A stretch of DNA of 24,801 nt from a virus (taxonomy: Duplodnaviria; Caudoviricetes), in IMG/VR virus record IMGVR_UViG_3300044296_000224, positions 1 through 24,801 of that record; one strand, written 5' to 3'. Positions within the stretch are counted from its first letter, which is position 1. Each line of letters starts with the position of its first letter. Position numbers and translations under genes: made by a program. Below, one piece after another: positions 8,725 to 18,242 of the stretch. The notes beneath the pieces are model-generated. The model was not told the origin of the DNA. It did not search any database and was given only the letters and a program-made list of their open reading frames with translations.

Positions 8725-9715
8725 ATATCTTTTCTTTTAATTCTTCTACTACTTTTGGATTTTCTCTAAGGTATTCTAATGCCTTAACTCTTCCTTGAAA
8801 TCTTTCTTCGCCAATTGTATACCAAGCCCCGCCTTTTTGTACCTTACCCATCATTTCTGATACATCAAGTACTTCACCTACAGAGTCTACTCCCAGTGAA
8901 TCACCTTGGTAGTAAAAGTCATATTGCCCTGAGAGATTTGGCGGTCCGAGTTTATTGTAATCAATAATCCAGTTGACTGGTCGCCCAACTTTTTGTTCAA
9001 TAATCTTATCACCAATTTGAATGCCAGATTTAATGGCATTAGCTTCAGCTTCTGAAGACCATAGTTTAATAACTGTAGACGAGAAGAACTTGACCGCCAT
9101 TCCTCCTGTTGGAATGTGGGAGGCATGCATGCTACCAAACTGATTACGTTGTTGTGAAATGAGAACCAATAGCGTGTTTTTGTTGGCATAGTTTAACATC
9201 TTGACTGCGTGAGTCATATCCTTAGCTTCTGCACCAATTTGCTTTGTATCTTCAAGCTTTTTTAATTCGCTACTATCCTTTTCAAAATAAATTGCAGGAA
9301 GTAGGGCAGAAATTGAATCTACTACTATTATATCAACTTCTGCTTCCATTAACTGTGTAGCAATATCAACCATATCATTTATAGTCTTAGCAGGAGAATA
9401 AATAAGAGAAGATGAATCTACTCCCAACTGCTCTGCCCACTTTGGATCATAAGATGCTTCTGCATCAATCCAAGCACAAGTTTTACCTTCTTTTTGAGCA
9501 ATTGCAATCATTTGTAGGCAAAAAGAAGATTTACCTGCTGATTTATTTCCCCAAATAAGAACTTGACGACCAAAACCAAGACCGCCTTTTAATGCATTAT
9601 TTAATCCAATGCTTGGAGTTTTTTGTTTCTTAGATTCAACATTTGTAGCAAGTTGAACCCTTTGTCTTGTTTTTGTATCAAGTTTTGCTAATATAGCCTC
9701 TGCTATTGCTGACAT
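8717..9715 (-). CDS. recA: RecA/UvsX-like recombinase
   Basis: WGNKSAGKS Walker A, CAWIDAE, IIVVDS Walker B, ISQQR, TGGMAVKF, KGGAWY. Confidence 0.95.
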   Translation of the reverse strand: MSAIAEAILAKLDTKTRQRVQLATNVESKKQKTPSIGLNNALKGGLGFGRQVLIWGNKSAGKSSFCLQMIAIAQKEGKTCAWIDAEASYDPKWAEQLGVDSSSLIYSPAKTINDMVDIATQLMEAEVDIIVVDSISALLPAIYFEKDSSELKKLEDTKQIGAEAKDMTHAVKMLNYANKNTLLVLISQQRNQFGSMHASHIPTGGMAVKFFSSTVIKLWSSEAEANAIKSGIQIGDKIIEQKVGRPVNWIIDYNKLGPPNLSGQYDFYYQGDSLGVDSVGEVLDVSEMMGKVQKGGAWYTIGEERFQGRVKALEYLRENPKVVEELKEKIYG

Positions 9716-9730
9716 TTTATTCCTTAATGC

Positions 9731-10051
9731 TTAAAACTTATTTCCGTGAAGTTTAGCACGTTGTTTGTTAATATTATTCTTATTTTCAATAATTAAATCA
9801 ATATCATGTGTAACATCTCCATGCTCCTGCATTGCTGCATAAAGATCTAGCAGGCGAATAATTACATCCGCCATCTCTTCTACAACTTTTTCAGACCCTT
9901 GATTTTTACGGATAGCTTCCAAAACCTCAGTAACTTCCGAATGTACAAGAGCAAGTTTATTACCCACTTTATCATAATTATATTCTCCGTCCCAGAATCC
10001 TTTAGAGACTGCGACTTCGTGAAAGTTATTCGCTAACTGATTCAGATTCAC
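9731..10051 (-). CDS. MazG-like nucleoside triphosphate pyrophosphohydrolase
   Basis: LALVHSEVTEVLEA and EEMADVIIRLLD (ExxE...ExxD). GTG start at 10051 chosen to reduce overlap. Confidence 0.85.
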   Translation of the reverse strand: MNLNQLANNFHEVAVSKGFWDGEYNYDKVGNKLALVHSEVTEVLEAIRKNQGSEKVVEEMADVIIRLLDLYAAMQEHGDVTHDIDLIIENKNNINKQRAKLHGNKF

Positions 10052-10280
10052 TTGCTGCTTCTTCCTGTGCTGGAGCATCTGCAAGTTGAAATGTTACAGA
10101 TTGATCTTCATTTTGGTTAACAGCAATCTGCTTTGTGCTATAGTTTGCAACTAGATCTTCTAGCTTTACAGTAATTGATCCAGAGGTTTGAAGCACGGCA
10201 GCAAGGATTTGTTCAATTGAAATATTGACATTTTGATTTTCTGGTGCTTGAGTTGTTTCTGTAGTTGTCTCTTCAGACAT
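10026..10280 (-). CDS. Hypothetical acidic protein
   Basis: 84-aa ORF coupled to the dnaE stop (TAATG), with a strong AAGGAG SD. Confidence 0.7.
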   Translation of the reverse strand: MSEETTTETTQAPENQNVNISIEQILAAVLQTSGSITVKLEDLVANYSTKQIAVNQNEDQSVTFQLADAPAQEEAASESESVSE

Positions 10281-13200
10281 TATATTATCTCCTTTATGAA
10301 TTTAGTTCCGTCTTCCATTTGTCCGACAGTTGGTTTGCAAAAAGAACCTGGTTTCATTTTACCAAGTGCAAGCGTGTATGATTTTGGAAAAGCAATTACA
10401 CGATACATTTCTTTTTCTTCGTTGCAATAAATAATGTGTGCCATCATTTTGTTTTGTTTTGTTTTATAATGGGTAAAATCCACAACATAAGTTTTATCTT
10501 CTGGTATACCCAAATCTCTTGTATGTAGGTAGTTGATAAAAGGATCATCTTTCTTTTCAACTACATCACTAATTGTAACATATCTATGAATTCTATTGTC
10601 GCCTACTAGGAAGAAATACATGTTTCCCGTCTCAATTTGAGTATTTTCACTATGGAAAATACCAATAGAACCAGTATCATCAACTAGCTCAACACGAGAC
10701 CAGCCTTTACCCTTCTTAATAGATTTTACCATAGCACATAATACGAAAACGCCTTCTTCAAGAAAATCTTCTAACGGGTTAATCTGAGATTTAATATATG
10801 GAGTTATTCCACGAGTATCAAACTTTGGAATATTTAGATATTCGTAATATTTTTCAGATTCGTTGCCAGTGCGTGGATTATCTTTAAAAGTGGCCCCTCC
10901 GATAATGTTAAGTGCTGAGACTGCTCTCGAATTAATTCCCGATTTCTTTGTTCCAGCCACTTCCAAAAGGTGTGCATATGATTGGAATGGTCTTGCATCT
11001 ATAATCTTCTTTCCGATAGTTTCAGAAATATATTTCACATTAGACAATCCAAATCTAATAGAGCTACCCTGAATACTAAAATCTAGTTCTGATTCATTAA
11101 CATGTGGTAAAAGAACCTTGATGTTTAATCGTTTAGCTTCAAGAAGATATTCTGTTCTTGTATCTTTATTTCCTTCATTTTTAAGCAAAGCAAATACAAA
11201 TTCAAGTGGATAGTAATGTTTTAACCATGCTGTCCAGTAAGATAACATTGAATAGGCAACAGCGTGAGATCTATTGAATGAATACCCAGCGTGTGCTTCA
11301 AAGTCATGCCACAGATGTTCTGCATCTTCTTTTGATATATATCTTTTCGCACCTTCAATAAATTGATCCTTAAAGATATCAAACTCTTTTGCATCTTTCT
11401 TTTTACCAATAATCTTTCTAACTTTATCAGCTTCAGACCAAGACATCCCACCCAAGTGTACGCAAGCTTGCATAACTTGTTCTTGATAAATAATTACACC
11501 ATAGGTTCTTTCGGTAAATGGTTGCATTATTGGATGAACATACTTAACCATTTTATCGCCACGTTTACGAGCAAGATACTCAGCTCCTACTGTATTCATA
11601 GCACCTGGACGAACTAGGGCATTTGAAGCAACCATATCTTCAAAAGTATCAACACCCATTTTAATTAAAAGATTGGTGTATGGAGTTGCTTCTGCTTGAA
11701 AAACACCTTTTGTGTAACCATTAGAAAGATCTTCAAATACTAATTTATCATCAAGTGACAAAGAATGCAAATCAATATCTTTATTATATCTTTCTTTAAT
11801 ACTTTTAACTGTATCTTGAATAACTGATAGTGTTTTAAGTCCAAGAACGTCAAATTTAATAAGACCTATCTCAGCAGCCTGCTCCATATCATAAGCAACA
11901 ACAGGAACTCTTCCACTAACGTCATCACTAGAATCACTTCTAGTTTCAATCGGGGCATAATTTGATATTGAATCTTTAGCAACAACAACACCTGCAGCAT
12001 GAATACCCACGCTACGAATGCGACCACGAAGATTGGAAGCGAAATCAATAACTTCAGGATATTTTTGCTTAAACCAATCAACATTTCTATTGGATTCAAA
12101 TTCTTCAAATGTTTCAATTCCCTTCAACGCTTTATTTACTTCTCCAAGCGGAACATCAAATACACGAGCAGCATCTCTGACAACTCCCTTATCTTTAAAA
12201 TATTGATAAGTAGAAATTGATGCAACATTCTTAAACTTCTTGCGAAGGAATTCTTTGACTTCTCCACGACGACGATCCATAAAGTCTGTATCAATATCAG
12301 GAAAGTCATTACGCTCTGGATTAATAAATCTAAAAAATAGTAAATCGTATTTAATTGGATCTACTTCTGTAATACCAAGAAGGTAACATACTAGAGATCC
12401 CGCAGCGGAACCACGTCCTGGTCCAACCAAGATTTCATTTTCTTTTGCCCAACCAACCATGTCGCCAACAACAAGAAAATAACTACTAAAATCTTTACTC
12501 TTAATAACTTGGAGTTCTTCTTCAAGTCTTTGTGAATATATTTCATTATTTAAACCTTTATCATTTAATGCTTTGTCGCACATCTCAACAAGTTGTTCAT
12601 GTGCATCTCTTTTAGGCTTAGGTAGCAATTGTAGATTTTCGTGAAATTCATATTCCCCAACTTTGTCTGCAATTTCTACTGCATTTTCATAAATATCTTC
12701 TGGCCAATCTGAACCAAAATCTTTTTTTATCTCATCATAAGATTGAATGTAAACATTAATGCTTTCAAAAGATATTGGACGGCCTGGATACAAATGATTG
12801 AATCTATCAAAAATATTCTTAAACTTTTTACCAGATTCGTAGTCTGTTCCATCAGCTTGATTTGGTTTTGTTGAGAGAATTAATAAAGCTTCTTCAAGAG
12901 CCTTTTGATCTTTAGTTGCATAGTGGCAATCTCCAGTAGCAACCATTTTAATACCAAGTTTATCTGAAATTATTCTAGTACCATCATTTACAATCTTATC
13001 ATTATGAGATTGCACTTCAAGATAAAAATCATCACCAAATCTATTTACAAACCAATTGGCATACATCATTGCTTTATCCATGTCATCATGTTGTAGTGCT
13101 TTAGCAATAAGACCATTCATGCAGCCAGACAATACTATAAGTCCGTCTCCATATTCATCAAGAACTTCAAGATCAATACGGGGCTTACGATAATATCCTT

Positions 13201-13546
13201 CTGTCCAAGCAATTTCAGATAGTTTGTGAAGATTATCTAATCCCTGTTGATTTTTAGCTAGGATGATAATATGATTGAATACTTGAGTATTATCATCACG
13301 ATTTTTAATATCACGCTTATCAAATCTATCTGTAGCAGATATATATGCTTCTAAACCGAGTATTGGTTTCATTCCCAGCTTTTTAGCTGCAACTTGCATA
13401 TCTCTATGAGATGCTAATGTTCCATGGTCTGTAATAGCCATTGCTGTTTGTCCCGCATTTTTTGCAGCCAACAATAGTTCTTCAGGGGAACACAAGCCAT
13501 CCATTAATGAATAGTGCGAGTGCACATGTAAATGTGTGAAATTCAC
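10280..13546 (-). CDS. dnaE: DNA polymerase III alpha subunit (family C)
   Basis: PHP motifs HLHVHSHYSLMDG and TDHG; GRGSAAGSL, PDIDTDF, HAAGVV, KFDVLGL, YQEQVMQ, YSFNRSHAVAY. No intein visible. GTG start at 13546 (alternative TTG at 13549). Confidence 0.97.
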   Translation of the reverse strand: MNFTHLHVHSHYSLMDGLCSPEELLLAAKNAGQTAMAITDHGTLASHRDMQVAAKKLGMKPILGLEAYISATDRFDKRDIKNRDDNTQVFNHIIILAKNQQGLDNLHKLSEIAWTEGYYRKPRIDLEVLDEYGDGLIVLSGCMNGLIAKALQHDDMDKAMMYANWFVNRFGDDFYLEVQSHNDKIVNDGTRIISDKLGIKMVATGDCHYATKDQKALEEALLILSTKPNQADGTDYESGKKFKNIFDRFNHLYPGRPISFESINVYIQSYDEIKKDFGSDWPEDIYENAVEIADKVGEYEFHENLQLLPKPKRDAHEQLVEMCDKALNDKGLNNEIYSQRLEEELQVIKSKDFSSYFLVVGDMVGWAKENEILVGPGRGSAAGSLVCYLLGITEVDPIKYDLLFFRFINPERNDFPDIDTDFMDRRRGEVKEFLRKKFKNVASISTYQYFKDKGVVRDAARVFDVPLGEVNKALKGIETFEEFESNRNVDWFKQKYPEVIDFASNLRGRIRSVGIHAAGVVVAKDSISNYAPIETRSDSSDDVSGRVPVVAYDMEQAAEIGLIKFDVLGLKTLSVIQDTVKSIKERYNKDIDLHSLSLDDKLVFEDLSNGYTKGVFQAEATPYTNLLIKMGVDTFEDMVASNALVRPGAMNTVGAEYLARKRGDKMVKYVHPIMQPFTERTYGVIIYQEQVMQACVHLGGMSWSEADKVRKIIGKKKDAKEFDIFKDQFIEGAKRYISKEDAEHLWHDFEAHAGYSFNRSHAVAYSMLSYWTAWLKHYYPLEFVFALLKNEGNKDTRTEYLLEAKRLNIKVLLPHVNESELDFSIQGSSIRFGLSNVKYISETIGKKIIDARPFQSYAHLLEVAGTKKSGINSRAVSALNIIGGATFKDNPRTGNESEKYYEYLNIPKFDTRGITPYIKSQINPLEDFLEEGVFVLCAMVKSIKKGKGWSRVELVDDTGSIGIFHSENTQIETGNMYFFLVGDNRIHRYVTISDVVEKKDDPFINYLHTRDLGIPEDKTYVVDFTHYKTKQNKMMAHIIYCNEEKEMYRVIAFPKSYTLALGKMKPGSFCKPTVGQMEDGTKFIKEII

Positions 13547-13565
13547 CAATACTCCGTTTATTTAA

Positions 13566-14237
13566 TTACCACTCAACTGATGAGGATGTTGTTGATTCAG
13601 GCGAAGAATCTGAAGTAATTCCCGCATAGAAAGCTTCTTGCTCTGCATATGATACATCACGAACTGCTGTCTTTTCAAGATCAAACAATTCATACTTATC
13701 AAAATCAATTGGTTTTACATCTGCAGTAGGAAGAGGAATGATGCTGTAATTTGTATCAGTTTTTTCACCATTACGCTTTAGCTTCCAAGTAAGATTTGTA
13801 ATGCTTCCTGTTTCTGTTGCATACTGACTAATTTCAGGTGTTGCTGACTTTGGTCCAGTTCCCTGTGAGAAAATTGCAACATATGGTTCTTCTGTGCCAT
13901 CATCAACTAAAACGTTTACATAAAAACGTGGACGGCCCTTCCAACCAGACTTTGGATCCTTACGATATTGTTCGCATCCATAGCATTGACCTTGGTCTTC
14001 AATTGTGCAAAGTGCTTTGCGACGATAATCTTTTGGATTTGTATGCTCAATTGCAATAAACCCTAGGCCAGCTTTTTGATTATAATTTGCAGAATCTGGA
14101 TCAATCTCTTGCATAAAGCGAATCTTTAATGATTGTCCATCCTTTAGAGCAAGCCATCTGCCCTTTTGTCCATCTGATGTAACTGTTGGTTTGTCCATTG
14201 CCTTATTAATGGCAGTTAGACCTTTTACTATTCCCAT
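13566..14237 (-). CDS. Single-stranded DNA-binding protein, gp32-like
   Basis: WLALKDGQSLKIRF, a His + three Cys Zn-like site (H...C...CYGC), KLKRNGEKTDTNYSIIP and an acidic/Ser tail ending in W; lies between primase and polymerase. Confidence 0.8.
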   Translation of the reverse strand: MGIVKGLTAINKAMDKPTVTSDGQKGRWLALKDGQSLKIRFMQEIDPDSANYNQKAGLGFIAIEHTNPKDYRRKALCTIEDQGQCYGCEQYRKDPKSGWKGRPRFYVNVLVDDGTEEPYVAIFSQGTGPKSATPEISQYATETGSITNLTWKLKRNGEKTDTNYSIIPLPTADVKPIDFDKYELFDLEKTAVRDVSYAEQEAFYAGITSDSSPESTTSSSVEW

Positions 14238-14282
14238 GTATATCTCCTTGTGTAATGGGCTATATTATGCCCTGTCTATCCT

Positions 14283-14291
14283 ATTATATCA
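14283..14291 (-). promoter_or_regulatory. Putative extended -10 promoter for ssb-dnaE
   Basis: Minus strand TGATATAAT upstream of a short leader that carries an AAGGAG SD. Confidence 0.5.
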
Positions 14292-15251
14292 CCAATTATT
14301 ATATTCAAAATTGGTTACAGCATTTTTAATACACTGTTTTATTTCTACTTCTGTGAGATCCCCCACATCTTTAGCTTCATGTGGATACACTACCCCATCA
14401 GAATAAGATGCCCACATAATATTTTTATACTTTAGTTTGGCTGCTATTTCTTTGCCAAGCTTTCTTCCCGCTTCATCTGCATCAGTTGCAATAATAATTG
14501 ATGAAGAGTATCTATTTAAATTCTTAACATTCTCTTTAGAAAGACTACCGCCAAGTGTTGCTATAACATTTGGATATCCCGCTTGATGTATTCTAATTGC
14601 ATCGAAACTAGACTCACATACTATAATTGTAGAACTTGCTCTCTTTGCCCTATGCAAATTAAACATAGTCTGGCTTCTTGGCAAATTTGTACTATTCTTA
14701 AAACGTTTACCTTCAATTGATCTTCCAACAACTCCTACTGGAATTCCAGTCGGACTGTGGACGGGGACGACAACCATATCTTGATTATCAGAATATCCTA
14801 ATTGAAAGTACGCCATTGATTCTTGAGATATGCCACGACTTTCAAAATATTGTTGTGCTCTTTGAGAACCAACCAAATTGCTGTATAAACTATCAAGTAG
14901 CTCTTGAGAGAATTCTTCAAACTCAGGTTTTTCTTCTAACAATTCAGCTAGGTCATCATCAAATGTATTTTCTGATTCTTTTTTCATTGTTGCTATTAAT
15001 CTAAGTGCCTGGAAATGATTCATATCTCCCGCTCTTTGAATTAAATCAACAAGGCTTCCTCTTGAATCACATGACGGATTATAGCAAACATAGACACCCT
15101 TTTCATATGAAACTGCAAATGAAGGAGTGTGATGGTTATCATGGAACGGACACATACACAAAAAATCAGTAGATGTTTCTGAAGCAATGCGAATACCAAT
15201 AATACTTAAAATTTCTTTTAATTGTTTTTTATTGTATGTTTCGGTAATCAT
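14289..15251 (-). CDS. dnaG: DNA primase (CHC2 zinc finger + TOPRIM)
   Basis: CPFHDNHHTPSF...CYNPSC zinc finger; IVCESSFD, ATLGG and ATDADEAG TOPRIM motifs; KDVGD. Confidence 0.93.
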   Translation of the reverse strand: MITETYNKKQLKEILSIIGIRIASETSTDFLCMCPFHDNHHTPSFAVSYEKGVYVCYNPSCDSRGSLVDLIQRAGDMNHFQALRLIATMKKESENTFDDDLAELLEEKPEFEEFSQELLDSLYSNLVGSQRAQQYFESRGISQESMAYFQLGYSDNQDMVVVPVHSPTGIPVGVVGRSIEGKRFKNSTNLPRSQTMFNLHRAKRASSTIIVCESSFDAIRIHQAGYPNVIATLGGSLSKENVKNLNRYSSSIIIATDADEAGRKLGKEIAAKLKYKNIMWASYSDGVVYPHEAKDVGDLTEVEIKQCIKNAVTNFEYNNW

Positions 15252-15257
15252 ATTAAA

Positions 15258-15286
15258 ATGATACCATAAGGATATTTACTTGTCTA
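15258..15286 (-). promoter_or_regulatory. Sigma70/HrdB-type leaderless promoter for primase
   Basis: Minus strand TAGACA-17 nt-(TGG)TATCAT-6 nt-ATG, with no SD before the ATG. Confidence 0.65.
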
Positions 15287-15562
15287 GCGTTTGTAAAACT
15301 GTTGTCCAGAGAATCCTTCAATTTCAAGTGCTTTTTTCTTTCCAACATATACACCAAACATTTCTAGATAGAAACTATAATTATCTTTAACTTCATTATA
15401 CTTAATTGAAAATTGGGATTCAAGATCAAGTACTGGAACGTACCCTTTTGATCTCATATCATCTAAGGTAAGTTTTTCATACATCTCACGCACACGAATA
15501 AAAGCTGCATCGTCTTTTATTACGCCTGACATAATAAAACTTCTAATATTTTTCTTAAGCAT
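15284..15562 (-). CDS. Hypothetical phage protein
   Basis: 92-aa ORF between helicase and primase (GYVPVLDL, GVYVGKKKA). Confidence 0.75.
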   Translation of the reverse strand: MLKKNIRSFIMSGVIKDDAAFIRVREMYEKLTLDDMRSKGYVPVLDLESQFSIKYNEVKDNYSFYLEMFGVYVGKKKALEIEGFSGQQFYKR

Positions 15563-15571
15563 AATAAGATA

Positions 15572-15577
15572 ATTATA
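15572..15577 (-). promoter_or_regulatory. Possible -10 element
   Basis: TATAAT 9 nt upstream of the ATG at 15562 in an intergenic gap; no clear -35 or SD. Confidence 0.35.
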
Positions 15578-15604
15578 CTAAAGAGTAGGAATATTACATA
15601 GATT

Positions 15605-16834
15605 TTATTGTTGAATATCCATTTCGTAAATTTCATTTACAATACCACGATTTAAATCCCAATCAAGATAGAATGCAAAATCTGTTCCATGACGATTCTT
15701 TCTGGATACAATTTCCATAATGTTTGATTGTGGATTCTTGTGAACTGCAATAGCCATATCAGCATCATATTCAATCGCTTTAGACCATGCAACTTGTGAT
15801 AACATTGGCGGGGCATCTTGATCTGATACATCATCCATAGTTGCAGCAGTAATATCAATTACAGGAATATTATTACGCATTGCAAGTAATTTAAAATCAC
15901 GAGAAATATTTCTATTTCTTTCAACTTCAGATTTTGCTCCAGATGAATCATTAAACAGCTGATGATAATCTAGGATAACTAAGTCTGGTTTATATTGGTC
16001 AATTTTAGCTTGAACAGTATTGGGTGTTACTTGCCCTTGACCTTCATTTGATATAAGAATAAATTGTTGCTTATCTGTAAATTTATCTGTAGCCCAACTA
16101 TGGAAATCGTCTGTATTTACCATACCCCTAGAAAAATCGTTTGCTTTGAATAATCCCGACCCCATCATTGTATAAATACGATCTCGCATATTTTCTGGAG
16201 ACATTTCAAGGGATATAATCATAGGTTTAAAGCCTTGTTCCCAAGCTTTACAGGCTAGATAAGAGGAGAACCATGTCTTACCCCTACCTGCCCATCCAAT
16301 CATCACAATAAGGTGTCCTGGAGCCATTCCTGTAGGGTAAGCAAGGTCTAGTGCCTTGAATCCAGTTTTAATTCCTGGACTTCCACCCATAGCAAGGGAA
16401 CGCTCACGAACCTTTTCAAAATGATCTTCTGCCAATTTAAAGTCAGTTAAATCAATATCTCTAATTTCGCCAGTCATTCTAGAAAGGCCGTACAGCTCAG
16501 ATTGCATATCAAGCAATACTCTTTTAGCTGAGTTATTCTTTAAACTTGTTCCATTGCGTAAAAGAATATCTTTAATTCTTGAAGTTAAGAATTCATTCTT
16601 TAAATTATCTAAGTAGTATCCTGTTTCGCCTTTAACTGGCTCAGGTTCAAAATCTTTAAACTTCTCCTGTAAAACAGATATGTCTGGAACAGCACGGAAT
16701 TTTAAATAATAAGCTTTTAAAGATTCCCATACATCTCTATGAGAAATAAAAACTTCATCTACATTATCTGTAAGAACTGTAGCAATATCTTTATTTTTAC
16801 AAACTGCAGAAATTACTGCTGCTTCACTATTCAT
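15605..16834 (-). CDS. dnaB: DnaB-like replicative helicase
   Basis: GWAGRGKT Walker A, ISLEM, VILDYHQL, AIEYDAD, KNRHG. Confidence 0.95.
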   Translation of the reverse strand: MNSEAAVISAVCKNKDIATVLTDNVDEVFISHRDVWESLKAYYLKFRAVPDISVLQEKFKDFEPEPVKGETGYYLDNLKNEFLTSRIKDILLRNGTSLKNNSAKRVLLDMQSELYGLSRMTGEIRDIDLTDFKLAEDHFEKVRERSLAMGGSPGIKTGFKALDLAYPTGMAPGHLIVMIGWAGRGKTWFSSYLACKAWEQGFKPMIISLEMSPENMRDRIYTMMGSGLFKANDFSRGMVNTDDFHSWATDKFTDKQQFILISNEGQGQVTPNTVQAKIDQYKPDLVILDYHQLFNDSSGAKSEVERNRNISRDFKLLAMRNNIPVIDITAATMDDVSDQDAPPMLSQVAWSKAIEYDADMAIAVHKNPQSNIMEIVSRKNRHGTDFAFYLDWDLNRGIVNEIYEMDIQQ

Positions 16835-17156
16835 TAAATTCCTGATCTACTAGGTTCTTTGTCTGTTCTCTTAATTTTTTTCTATATTCAATATCAAGAT
16901 TAGATTTTAGCATAATCTCATCTAGTTTGTCAAAGTTATATAAAAACCAATTTAGCGGATGCCCAATTTTGCTACACTTAAAATAATAGTCAAGCAATTC
17001 TTTTGCTCTTTCAAATCCTACGGTATCAATAACATCTTGCATAGCCCACTTTTCTCTATAACGATTTACAAGTGGTGGCTTTTTGTACTTATTTTTGTAC
17101 AGAGCAATATACAGGGATACTAGTGCGTACGCCTGCTTTGCTTCTTCTTTTGACAT
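16827..17156 (-). CDS. Hypothetical protein, possible helicase loader/accessory
   Basis: Helical 109-aa ORF overlapping the helicase start; function inferred from position only. Confidence 0.55.
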   Translation of the reverse strand: MSKEEAKQAYALVSLYIALYKNKYKKPPLVNRYREKWAMQDVIDTVGFERAKELLDYYFKCSKIGHPLNWFLYNFDKLDEIMLKSNLDIEYRKKLREQTKNLVDQEFNE

Positions 17157-17362
17157 TATTTGTTTCCTTTTAGCTCTTTTTCTATTTCAGCTACTTTTTC
17201 AACTAATTTTTCTTCAACAAACTTATAAACACGATCTGTCGCTGTACCAGTATTTTCACCGCTACGAACAAAATCTTCAACTCCAATACCTATTTTAATA
17301 CTTTCATAGTTACCTAAGTTACGAGTAAATTGTAAATCTACCTTTACACTAGTCTGACTCAT
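17156..17362 (-). CDS. Small conserved-type phage protein (TRNLGNYES motif)
   Basis: TRNLGNYESIKI motif, which I recognise as common in phage replication regions; start uncertain (17362-17374). Confidence 0.7.
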   Translation of the reverse strand: MSQTSVKVDLQFTRNLGNYESIKIGIGVEDFVRSGENTGTATDRVYKFVEEKLVEKVAEIEKELKGNK

Positions 17363-17597
17363 CTTCATCCCCATCTTCAGAATTTTTTACTATTGGATCC
17401 ATTATACCAAAGCCTGTTTTAAACTTTTTAACATTTTTATCTGATAGATGTTGATACAACATCATTAACCTATCTGATATGGCTATCATAGCATCTAAGT
17501 CTTCTTTTTGTAAAGCCAGCTCCATTGCATGCTCTAAAACATTTAAAGCAGACATTAATGCCTGCTTTGCTTCTTTATTCATTTTATTATTTACCAT
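17349..17597 (-). CDS. Hypothetical helical protein
   Basis: ORF fills the gap; GGAGAG SD upstream of the ATG at 17597. Confidence 0.6.
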   Translation of the reverse strand: MVNNKMNKEAKQALMSALNVLEHAMELALQKEDLDAMIAISDRLMMLYQHLSDKNVKKFKTGFGIMDPIVKNSEDGDEDESD

Positions 17598-18106
17598 TCT
17601 GGTGCTCTCCATACAGGAACAAATTCCCCGTCATTATTTTTAGCATATAAAACTGTTTCATTTCTCAGCATAGCTTCTAACTCTGCTTTTGAAGGAATAT
17701 TTGAAGCAGTAACTTGTCCATCATTTCTTGGGCGACCAATGTGTACTGTTTTAAAAAATTCCCGCATTTCTTTAATATCTTCATCTGTAAAATAATATCT
17801 ACCAAGTTTATTCTTATCTTCTAAGGAATGTGCTTGCTGTGGTCTTTTAATATCACCTAATCTTAGGTGTCTTTTAATTGTATCAGAATGTCTATTAAGA
17901 AGTTTTGCTGCTTCAGAGATGGAGTAGGCGTGTTTTTTATTTTTCTGAACATCAGAATAATTATAAGCAACACGCTTACCCTCTATAAAGTTCCATGCGA
18001 TTATCATGTCGTCAGGACGACTTACATGAAGTGCTTTGTGCAAAGCATCATTTAGATAAAAATACAAAATTCTTTGTTGAGATTTTTTTCTATTTCCTGT
18101 AGCCAT
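17591..18106 (-). CDS. MerR/Xis-like HTH DNA-binding protein
   Basis: YSISEAAKLLNRHSDTIKRHLRLGDI...RYYFTDEDI is a winged-HTH pattern. Confidence 0.8.
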   Translation of the reverse strand: MATGNRKKSQQRILYFYLNDALHKALHVSRPDDMIIAWNFIEGKRVAYNYSDVQKNKKHAYSISEAAKLLNRHSDTIKRHLRLGDIKRPQQAHSLEDKNKLGRYYFTDEDIKEMREFFKTVHIGRPRNDGQVTASNIPSKAELEAMLRNETVLYAKNNDGEFVPVWRAPEW

Positions 18107-18237
18107 ACCGTAAACTTATTCGCATCCTTCTTTATTATCCATCTCTTTCCACACATAATGCATGAAAGATCAAATCTAAGTTTTTGAGACAGGATTCTGT
18201 CTACAAAGACTCTTCCATTGCATTTTTTACAGAACAT
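18052..18237 (-). CDS. Small zinc-ribbon protein
   Basis: CKKCNGRVF...CIMCGKRW. Confidence 0.75.
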   Translation of the reverse strand: MFCKKCNGRVFVDRILSQKLRFDLSCIMCGKRWIIKKDANKFTVWLQEIEKNLNKEFCIFI

Positions 18238-18242
18238 TTAAA

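Noticed and set aside
10280-13549. Intein or intron in dnaE (also checked terL, recA, dnaB)
   Set aside because: Lengths are normal, motifs are continuous, and no C/S...HN splice motifs or LAGLIDADG segments were seen.
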